Below are positions 34,901 to 41,992 of a DNA stretch of 64,000 nt, in pieces. Made by a program: the position numbers and the translations under genes. Each line of letters opens with the position of its first letter. The stretch's first letter is position 1. The stretch is from Planctomycetia bacterium (GTDB lineage: Bacteria; Planctomycetota; Planctomycetia; Pirellulales; PALSA-1355): positions 108-64,107 of the forward strand of contig JANNQN010000289.1 in assembly GCA_031400775.1 (NCBI GenBank), in the 5' to 3' direction. The notes below the pieces were generated by a model. The model did no database searches. It saw only the letters and a list, made by a program, of their open reading frames with translations, and was not told the origin of the DNA.

Positions 34901-35241
34901 GAAACCGCGATGCTCTTGTCGGCGACGGCAAACGTGATTTGCCCTTCACCGTCAGCCTTGGGACGTACCACGCCGGTCGGAGAAACACTGGCCAGGTCTT
35001 GCGACACGGCGGGCTCGATCGCGCGGGTCACGTCGATCTTGTCGCCATTTTCCAATTGAGCCGTGACCAAAACCTGCGCGTAGGCATACTTGCCGACCAG
35101 CGCGATCTCGGGCGGATAAACTTCCAGCGAGGCGATCTTCGCGCCCTCGGGCAGCTTTTCCTTGGGCGCCGCCTGCGATTGGCTGGGCCAGATCACCAGC
35201 GACAGGGCCAGGCAACCCACGGCAAGCAAACTCATTCTCAT
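31933..35241 (-). CDS. Big_2 + PSCyt + DUF1549 + DUF1553 domain protein
   Basis: Track ORF is trimmed to ATG 35241 ([24 protein letters not shown] signal). Ig-like N-domain. CXXCH in [24 protein letters not shown]. DUF1549 block [41 protein letters not shown] block. Confidence 0.9.
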   Translation of the reverse strand: [1102 protein letters not shown]

Positions 35242-35312
35242 GGCAATGATCCTATTGCGCTCGGGCATAAACTGTTTCCTATCCACGCGGCAACCAAGCT
35301 CATCCTTCAGAC

Positions 35313-36740
35313 TCATCTCTGAGTCGCGACTTTATCGCTGCTGATCGGCGCGGGAACGAACTCCTTGACCAGCGCGCCGGTCTCGGCGTCGTCGATCCGC
35401 ACCAGGCCGTCGAATCCGCCCGATGCTACAAGCTTGCCGCTGGTGCTAAAGGCCACGGCGTAGACGGCGCCCTTCTGGCCGGCCAGCTTGTGCAGCAGCT
35501 TGCCGCTGTCGGTCTCATACACGCGCACCTCACCGGCGCCGTCCAGGCTGCTGCCGACCGCGAAGCGACTGCCGTCGGCGTTGAAGCAGGCATCGAAGAT
35601 TCGCCCCGGCACGGCTTCGTAGGCTTTGATCAGGTTAAAGTCATCGCCGATCACCCGGGCTTTGGTGCGCAGCATTTGATAAATCTTGGGTACGCCGTCG
35701 GCGCCGCCGATCAATAGTTCGTCCTTGGTCGGATGGCGGTCCACCGCGTCCAGGCCCCCTTTGAGCGCGCCGGGCGTGATGCTGGTAATGTTGTCGACGA
35801 ACCGCTCGGTGGCTACCTCCACCAGTTTCATCGAGCGGTCGCGACTCACCGAGATCAGGTACGTGCCTTCCTTCGAAAACACGGTGTCGAGGACCCAATC
35901 GCTATGGGCGCCTTGATACAGAACCTGTTTGCCAGTGGCGGCATCGATGGCCCGCAAGGTGTTGTCGGCGCAGCCGAAGGCGATCTTCGTTCCATCGCCC
36001 GACCAGCTCACGCCGTAGACCGTGTCGTATGTGACCGGGACGGAGTAGCGGAGCTTGCGCGACTCGACGTCCCAGACTTGCACTTCGCCCAGGCGACCCG
36101 GCGAGCCGCCGCTAACGGCCAGCGACTTGCCGTCGGGCGAAAAGGCCAGCGATTCGATGCGTTCCGATTGTCCGACCAGCCGCGCCACCAGGCCCGAGCC
36201 ATCGGCTTTGTGCAGCAGCGTTTCGTGATATCCACTGACGGCCAGCAGCGCGTCGTCGGGCGAGAAGTCGATCGCCGTCAACACGGGCGAGGCTTCGTAC
36301 ACGGGCGGATGATCCGTATCGATCACGCCGCGAACTGACATCGGCGTGTCGTCCTGGGCGCCCTCGGCGATCCATTGGCGGATCCGCTTGATCTCGACTT
36401 CGGCGAGCGGGGGCTTGTCCTTGGGCATCTCGGCCTTGCCGTCGGCCGGCGTGATGAGCGCGAGCAGATGACTTTCGTCGGGCTTGCCGGCCACCACCGC
36501 GGGCTGTTCGCTTTCGCCCCCCTTGGCAAGGTTCTCGAAGTTGGTCATTACGAACTCGCCCATCGCCTTGGCCGGCTGATGGCAGCCCAGGCAGTGGACC
36601 TGAAAGATCGGGCGAACGTCGCGAAAATAGCTGACTGCGGGAGTCGGCGCGGCATCAGCCCCGGCGCACGCGGACCAAGCCTGTGCGCCAATAAATATCG
36701 CCAGTGCCATCGGGATTGCAAACCGCCTTGCGAAGTTCAT
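35313..36740 (-). CDS. planctomycete cytochrome c domain fused to a WD40 beta-propeller
   Basis: 475-aa ORF. Signal peptide. FRDVRPIFQVHCLGCHQPAKAMGEFVM (CXXCH). WD40-like repeats follow. It sits 71 nt upstream of the DUF1549/1553 gene. Confidence 0.85.
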   Translation of the reverse strand: MNFARRFAIPMALAIFIGAQAWSACAGADAAPTPAVSYFRDVRPIFQVHCLGCHQPAKAMGEFVMTNFENLAKGGESEQPAVVAGKPDESHLLALITPADGKAEMPKDKPPLAEVEIKRIRQWIAEGAQDDTPMSVRGVIDTDHPPVYEASPVLTAIDFSPDDALLAVSGYHETLLHKADGSGLVARLVGQSERIESLAFSPDGKSLAVSGGSPGRLGEVQVWDVESRKLRYSVPVTYDTVYGVSWSGDGTKIAFGCADNTLRAIDAATGKQVLYQGAHSDWVLDTVFSKEGTYLISVSRDRSMKLVEVATERFVDNITSITPGALKGGLDAVDRHPTKDELLIGGADGVPKIYQMLRTKARVIGDDFNLIKAYEAVPGRIFDACFNADGSRFAVGSSLDGAGEVRVYETDSGKLLHKLAGQKGAVYAVAFSTSGKLVASGGFDGLVRIDDAETGALVKEFVPAPISSDKVATQR

Positions 36741-36776
36741 ACCGCTCTGGCTCCCTGACGCGATAGTTGGGCCCGG

Positions 36777-36819
36777 TGGAAACGTACAGGATCGGGCACG
36801 GACTTAGGCTGGAAACGTA
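36777..36819. promoter_or_regulatory. two exact copies of TGGAAACGTA spaced 33 nt start-to-start, upstream of the cytochrome-c/WD40 operon
   Basis: Copies at 36777..36786 and 36810..36819, lying 37-80 nt upstream of the minus-strand start at 36740. Confidence 0.4.
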
Positions 36820-37064
36820 AACCGGCGGGTGTCATCGATTCCTTCGCTCCGGCACGAGCTTGAGGAAACGTCGACTTTTGTTGTTCGGGCGTGTTCTCGT
36901 GCGAGGTGGTAACCCAACCGCCGCAAAGCAGTTCGGGCCGCACTCGCTTCAATTGCGAATATACACGCCGCCGGGCCCGGCTGGCAAGAAAAAACCGCCC
37001 CGCGCAGACCCCCAACCAGGGGCAGCATGCGCCGCAAGTGGCCCGGCTAGGTAGTTTAGCCGGC

Positions 37065-37406
37065 CTACTTCCTCTTGCGGGCGTTAAGTTCGTCGGCCGG
37101 AATGAGCAAATCCTCTAGCACCCGGCCGCCGATGATCGTCTCGTCGATGATCCGCGGCACGTCCTCGATCTGGACGTTGCCGTACCAGATTTCTTGCGGA
37201 TAAATGACGACCGTCGGCCCCAGTTCGCATTGGTCGAGGCAGCCGGCCTAGTTGGCCCGCACCAGCGGTCCCAGATCGCGGCGTTTCAATTCCTTCTTGA
37301 AACAATCGCGAAGCTTCTGTTTGCCGTCGGGATCGCAGCAGCCTCGTTTGTGATCCGAGTCGCGCTGGTTGCAGCACACGAAGATATGGCTGGTGAACTT
37401 GGGCAT
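37065..37406 (-). pseudogene. thioredoxin-like [2Fe-2S] ferredoxin, 113 codons with one in-frame TAG at 37248..37250 (codon 53)
   Basis: Manual translation: MPKFTSHIFVCCNQRDSDHKRGCCDPDGKQKLRDCFKKELKRRDLGPLVRAN*AGCLDQCELGPTVVIYPQEIWYGNVQIEDVPRIIDETIIGGRVLEDLLIPADELNARKRK. Both halves share one frame. Neither half appears in the track (the first is under 60 aa, the second lacks a start codon). Confidence 0.8.
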
Positions 37407-37460
37407 TGAGGTTTCGCTGGTGGGGTGTGAACTCGAGGATCGGCTCGGCCGCCGCCGGCG

Positions 37461-37706
37461 TTAGGGCGACGCGGCGCTCTGCGGGGCCGGTGGCGTCGAC
37501 CGCTGCACGCGCGAGATCGCCGGACCTCCCGGCGGCGCGAGGGGCCAAAAACCGGCCGCGTTGAGCTCTTCGCGGATGGCACGCTGCTTCATCGTGGTGC
37601 GTTGATATTGAACGCAGATCCCCAGGATGAACGCCAGCCAGATGAAGCCCATCAACATCGACTTCAGGCCAAACTGCACGGGCGATTTGCTCGGGCTTTC
37701 CTTCAT
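37461..37706 (-). CDS. small single-pass membrane protein, hypothetical
   Basis: 81-aa ORF with one TM helix (SMLMGFIWLAFILGICV), upstream of the ferredoxin on the same strand. No clear SD. Confidence 0.45.
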   Translation of the reverse strand: MKESPSKSPVQFGLKSMLMGFIWLAFILGICVQYQRTTMKQRAIREELNAAGFWPLAPPGGPAISRVQRSTPPAPQSAASP

Positions 37707-37843
37707 AACCGTCTATCATAGTCCATCGACGTGGCGACTGGCGCGGCGACCCTCGAAAAACCGCGGACCGACATGGTAAAACGTGCGATTGGCCGACCGC
37801 GCCAGCAGTCTCGATCCCCCCAGATGCAATCGGAGAAGCACCC

Positions 37844-38425
37844 ATGGCCTCGCCCCCCAAAATCCTGGCCTTTGCCGGCAGCGCCCGAAAAGACTCTTGG
37901 AACAAGAAACTGGTGCGGATTGCCGCGGCGAGGGCACGCGCGGCCGGCGCCGAGGTGACACTCATCGAACTGGAAGATTACTCGCTGCCCCTCTTCAATC
38001 AGGACGACGAGGCGGAACACGGGCTGCCCGAGAATGCGCTGAAGGTCAAGGACCTGATGTTATCGCATCAGGGTTTTTTGATATCTTCGCCGGAATACAA
38101 CAGCTCGATCACGCCGCTCTTGAAGAACACGATCGATTGGGCCTCGCGCCCGGTGGCGGGCGAGCCGCCGCTGGCCTGCTTCGATGGCAAGGCGGCCATG
38201 CTCATCAGCGCCTCGCCCGGTGCGCTGGGCGGATTGCGCGGCCTGGTGACTGTGCGGTCGATATTGGGCAATATTGGCACACATGTGCTGCCCGGCACGA
38301 TCTCGATTTCGCAGGCGCACGAGGCTTTTTCGGAGGACGGTTCGCTCAAGGACCCGGCTAAACAGCGGCGCGTCGAGAAGCTGGCCGCCGACTTGGCGCA
38401 GTTTTTGCAAAAGCTCGGCGCGTAG
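37844..38425 (+). CDS. NADPH-dependent FMN reductase family protein
   Basis: 193-aa ORF. ILAFAGSARKDSWNKKL...FLISSPEYNSSITPLLKNTIDWASR. Confidence 0.85.
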   Translation: MASPPKILAFAGSARKDSWNKKLVRIAAARARAAGAEVTLIELEDYSLPLFNQDDEAEHGLPENALKVKDLMLSHQGFLISSPEYNSSITPLLKNTIDWASRPVAGEPPLACFDGKAAMLISASPGALGGLRGLVTVRSILGNIGTHVLPGTISISQAHEAFSEDGSLKDPAKQRRVEKLAADLAQFLQKLGA

Positions 38426-38598
38426 CATCCGGTGATCATCGCCGCTGCTAGCGAGCGCGCCGATCGCGATGCGGCGCGGCGCATTCGCGCGACTTTGCCC
38501 AAATGCGTACTTGCTTCTCGAACGCGCCGCGACAAAAATAGACTTGGCGCGCGTGCTCAATTTCGCGCTCCCCGTCGGCCGCTCGAAGGGATTGCCGG

Positions 38599-39228
38599 AT
38601 GATCGAACCCTTAGCCCAGCAATCGGACGCCGATCTGTTCGCCCGGGTGCAGGCGGGCGACACCGATGCGTTCTCGGAACTCGTGCGGCGTTATCAGGCG
38701 GCATTGTTGCGCGTGGCCCATAGCCGGCTGGGGCGGATGGATTGGGCCGAAGACGTCGTGCAAGAAACATTTCTGTCGGCATTCAAATCATGCGCCAGCT
38801 ACGACGCGCGCTACGGATTTCGCACCTGGTTGTGGACGATCCTGCTCAATCAGTGTGCCGGCCATTACCAGCGCAGCGTGCCGTTGGATCCCTGGCCCAG
38901 CGAGCCCGACCTGGCCGCCAGCACCGTTGGCGACGAGCGGGACGAGGCCTCGCCGCTGGGCAGTCTGCTGGCCAAAGAACGGACGGCCGAATTGGAATCG
39001 CTGTTGTTCGAGCTCAGCGTGGTGCAGGCGGACGCGCTGCGGTTGCGATTTTTCGGCGGGCTCAAATTTCAGGAAATTGCCGACGCGATGCAGTGCAGCT
39101 TAAACACGGCGAAGAATCGCGTGCGTTGGGGATTGATGCGGATGGCTGAGTTAATGCAGACCGCCGAGTTGATGCAGACAGATGGCGCGGACAGTGCAAA
39201 GCGCGGCGATTCGCAACGGGAGCGTTAA
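38599..39228 (+). CDS. ECF-subfamily RNA polymerase sigma-70 factor
   Basis: Region 2: DAFSELVRRYQAALLRVA...AEDVVQETFLSAF. Region 4: LRLRFFGGLKFQEIADAMQCSLNTAKNRVRWGL. Confidence 0.9.
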   Translation: MIEPLAQQSDADLFARVQAGDTDAFSELVRRYQAALLRVAHSRLGRMDWAEDVVQETFLSAFKSCASYDARYGFRTWLWTILLNQCAGHYQRSVPLDPWPSEPDLAASTVGDERDEASPLGSLLAKERTAELESLLFELSVVQADALRLRFFGGLKFQEIADAMQCSLNTAKNRVRWGLMRMAELMQTAELMQTDGADSAKRGDSQRER

Positions 39229-39233
39229 ACGTC

Positions 39234-39935
39234 ATGAATTGCGATCAAGTATTCGACATCCTGACTCGCGGCCCGTTTCCGACCGGCACCGCTTGCGATA
39301 CGCCGGTCGAGGCGCATCTCAATGTGTGCCGCGATTGCCGCCGCCTGGCCGAGGCCTTGCGCCCCGCGCTGGAACTGTTCCAGGAAGCTGTTGGACCGGA
39401 AGAAAGCCGCGACCTGCCCGGTTACTGGTGCGCCGTGGCCACTGAGCCAACACAACCGGCCGTCTCGTACGCGCAGGAGCTCAAGCCGCGCCGCATGGCC
39501 GGCGGCATGTGGGCCAAGGATTCGCTGGCCCGGCATTGGTCCGGCGTCACCGTGTGGCGGATGGCCGCCATGCTGGCCTTGGGAGTCACGGTGGGCTCTT
39601 TAGTCGGCTCGCGGGTGATGCTCGAAGGTCGCGGCACGGTCCCGCCGGTCAACTCATCGCTTGCGCCCTTAGCGAGTGATGACGATCACAAGGGCCTTGC
39701 TATCGCGGCGCCGGCTGAATGGGCCGTGCTGCCGGCAGCCTGCTCGCGCAATCTGCCCGGCACTGGCCCGCGCTATAGCGTGCGGGGCGATCGGCTGTTG
39801 GCCAATGCCGATCTGAGCAATTTGGATTGCTGCTCGGAGTGCCACAACGCCAACTCCGATACGGTGCCCAAGTCCGCGACGATGAAAGTCACACAGCACT
39901 GCCAGGTCTGTCACAACGACCGGGCCGGGCGGTAG
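39234..39935 (+). CDS. anti-sigma factor (zinc-finger HxxxCxxC N-domain, one TM helix) with two C-terminal CXXCH motifs
   Basis: Starts 6 nt after the sigma gene stop. H28-x3-C32-x2-C35 (AHLNVCRDC). TM helix VTVWRMAAMLALGVTVGSLVG. CSECH at 39831..39845 and CQVCH at 39900..39914. Confidence 0.75.
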   Translation: MNCDQVFDILTRGPFPTGTACDTPVEAHLNVCRDCRRLAEALRPALELFQEAVGPEESRDLPGYWCAVATEPTQPAVSYAQELKPRRMAGGMWAKDSLARHWSGVTVWRMAAMLALGVTVGSLVGSRVMLEGRGTVPPVNSSLAPLASDDDHKGLAIAAPAEWAVLPAACSRNLPGTGPRYSVRGDRLLANADLSNLDCCSECHNANSDTVPKSATMKVTQHCQVCHNDRAGR

Positions 39936-39945
39936 GGCTTGAATT

Positions 39946-39982
39946 CTTCGCAAGAAGTGGCGACGCCGTCTCGCGTTTTTTT
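39946..39982 (+). terminator. weak candidate intrinsic terminator after the anti-sigma gene
   Basis: CTTC-GCAA-GAAG mini-hairpin and GCGA-cgccgtc-TCGC, followed by a T7 run (39976..39982) that is rare in this GC-rich DNA. The stems are short. Confidence 0.3.
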
Positions 39983-40109
39983 CGCACCGCAGCGCGGTCG
40001 ATTGTTTACACGGGGCGCCCCAGCAGCCACACTATCGGCCTGTCGTGCGAATTTGTATTGATCGCAAAGTAAAACCAAAATTCTCTGATCGACATTTGGG
40101 GGCGCGAAG

Positions 40110-40787
40110 ATGAACAAGGCGAGCGGGCAAGTGGGTTTCGTGTTGGCTGTAGTTCTTTGGTTAGCCGGCGGTATGGCTTGGGCGGCGGACGACGCCGCCA
40201 AGCCGGGCGCGGTTGGCAAACCGGATGCCGACGGCTGGATCACGCTGTTCGATGGCCAGTCGCTCAACGGCTGGAAGGTCAGCGAGAACCAGGAGCAATG
40301 GAAAGTCGAAGACGGAAAGATCGTGGCCGCGGGGCCGCGCAGCCATTTGTTCTACATGGGCGACGACGCGAGCAAGCCGGCCGAGTTCAAAAACTTCCAC
40401 TTCAAGGCCGACGTGATGACCACGCCACACAGCAACTCGGGCATTTATTTTCACACCCGCTTTCAGGCCGTCGGCTTTCCGCAGATCGGTTTCGAAGCGC
40501 AAGTGAACAATTCGCACGGCGACCCGGTGAAGACGGCGAGCATCTACCACATCGTGAAGAACTTCGTGCCGCCGGCCAAGGACAACGAGTGGTTCACCGA
40601 GGAGATCATCGTCAAAGGCAAGAACATCCGCACCCTGGTCAACGGAAAAGTCATCTGTGACTACACCGAGCCCAACGGCGTGTCGGGCCCGACGGAAAAA
40701 CTCGACAAGGGTACGTTCGCCTTCCAGGCCCACGATCCCAAGAGCACGACCTACTACAAGAACATCAAGGTCAAGCCGCTTCCCTGA
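40110..40787 (+). CDS. DUF1080 domain-containing secreted protein (3-keto-disaccharide hydrolase-like jelly roll)
   Basis: 225-aa ORF. Signal peptide. WITLFDGQSLNGWKVSENQEQWKVEDGKIVA...NSGIYFHTR...FAFQAHDPKSTTYYKNIKVKPL. Confidence 0.85.
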   Translation: MNKASGQVGFVLAVVLWLAGGMAWAADDAAKPGAVGKPDADGWITLFDGQSLNGWKVSENQEQWKVEDGKIVAAGPRSHLFYMGDDASKPAEFKNFHFKADVMTTPHSNSGIYFHTRFQAVGFPQIGFEAQVNNSHGDPVKTASIYHIVKNFVPPAKDNEWFTEEIIVKGKNIRTLVNGKVICDYTEPNGVSGPTEKLDKGTFAFQAHDPKSTTYYKNIKVKPLP

Positions 40788-40885
40788 TCGGTCGGATTCG
40801 GTCATGTCGAGGGACGCGAAATCGCCGAGAATTCGGAACCGTGCGATTTGTGAGGTATTTCTTCGGTTCAGCCGCTAGCGCCAGG

Positions 40886-40907
40886 GCGGGTTTGCTTGAA
40901 AACCCGC
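40886..40907 (+). terminator. hairpin GCGGGTTT-gcttga-AAACCCGC downstream of the DUF1080 gene
   Basis: Perfect 8-bp stem with a 6-nt loop, followed by ATTTCG (poor U-tract). It lies 100 nt after stop 40787. Confidence 0.35.
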
Positions 40908-40966
40908 ATTTCGCCAAGTAGTATGAAGATCTGGAACCGATTCGCCCCTCTCCGAGAGTTGCCCCG

Positions 40967-41785
40967 ATGACCAGAAATGCTGCGTTCGCGATTGCCGGAT
41001 TTGCCTTGTTCGTCGTCGCCGCATCGGGCGGCCCGCTCGTGGCGCAAGACGCCGTGTTGGCCCAGTTTTATGGCAGCGGAGTACACCAGTATTTTGCCGG
41101 CAACTACGATCGAGCGACCGCCGATCTGACCACGGCTATCGACGGCGGCAGCAAGGATCCCCGGGCGTATTACTTTCGCGCTTTGACTTCGCTTCGCCGC
41201 GGAGACAGCTATAGCGCCGATTCCGATCTGCGCGTGGGAGCTTCGCTCGAGAGCGCCGACGTCAGCCAGTTTTATCCGGTCGGCAAATCGTTGGAGCGCG
41301 TGCAAGGTGCGGACCGCAAGACGGTCGAGCGCCATCGGGCCATCGCCCGGGCCGAGGCCTTCCAGCGCCGCCACGATCGCGACCTGCTGCGTTACGAGCA
41401 GCGGCGCCGCGCCGAATCGCAGGTGTTACGCAGCTCGGGTGTCGCGCCCTTGGTCAAACCGGCCGCCCCCGCCGTGGCCGAACCGCCGGTGCCCGGTCCG
41501 GAGCCGGCCGACGACGATCCGTTTGCCGACAAGCCCGAGACCGCTCCCGCGGCGGCGAAACCAGCCGTGCCCGCCGCCGACAAGCCGGTCGCGGCGCCGC
41601 CGGTCGCCGCGCCGCCGGCCGAAGCGCCGGCCGACGACATGCCGGCTGAGCCCCCCGCGGCAGAGGGCGAACCAGCGGCCGATCCGTTTAGCGAGGAGCC
41701 GGCAGCAGAAGAAAAACCGGCCGAGCCCCCCGCTGCCGAACCCAAGGCCGGCGACGAGGATCCGTTTGCCGACGATCCGAAATAG
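40967..41785 (+). CDS. secreted hypothetical protein: TPR-like N-domain + Pro/Ala/Glu-rich disordered tail
   Basis: 272-aa ORF. Signal peptide AFAIAGFALFVVAASGGPLVAQ. The tail has recurring DDPFAD / ADPFSE / EDPFADD motifs. Confidence 0.65.
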   Translation: MTRNAAFAIAGFALFVVAASGGPLVAQDAVLAQFYGSGVHQYFAGNYDRATADLTTAIDGGSKDPRAYYFRALTSLRRGDSYSADSDLRVGASLESADVSQFYPVGKSLERVQGADRKTVERHRAIARAEAFQRRHDRDLLRYEQRRRAESQVLRSSGVAPLVKPAAPAVAEPPVPGPEPADDDPFADKPETAPAAAKPAVPAADKPVAAPPVAAPPAEAPADDMPAEPPAAEGEPAADPFSEEPAAEEKPAEPPAAEPKAGDEDPFADDPK

Positions 41786-41992
41786 TCGCTGGCGGCTGGC
41801 CGCCCCTGGGTTCGCCAGCCTCAAAAGTTCGATACAATCCTGGCTGTCAGCGGCCGCTCGTTCCCAGCAAACAAGCGGCGGCGCCATTGTGCGACGCGTT
41901 TTAAGAGTTTCGTTCCCGCCGGGCAACATCCTCGCCTGCCCTCAACGGTTTGTCGAAAATCCCGCTCGGCCTCGCTCGGAGACAGTATCGCC

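Noticed and set aside
32737-35322. 861-aa plus-strand ORF
   Set aside because: It is antisense to the Big_2/PSCyt/DUF1549/DUF1553 gene, with shadow-ORF composition. The same reasoning applies to 2355..4334 (+), 8787..10622 (+), 18944..20560 (+), 25515..26912 (-), 41942..43573 (-) and 60102..61835 (-).
37248-37250. Pyrrolysine at the ferredoxin TAG
   Set aside because: No pyl genes are in the window, and I know of no Pyl usage in this lineage. The expected residue is an ordinary Lys/Gln in a non-methyltransferase protein. It is kept only as a formal item to exclude by a genome search.
37084-37965. 293-aa minus-strand ORF spanning the ferredoxin region
   Set aside because: It has Arg/Ala/Gly-rich nonsense composition. 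It overlaps, in another frame, the recognisable ferredoxin (37065..37406), the small membrane ORF and the antisense of the FMN-reductase start.
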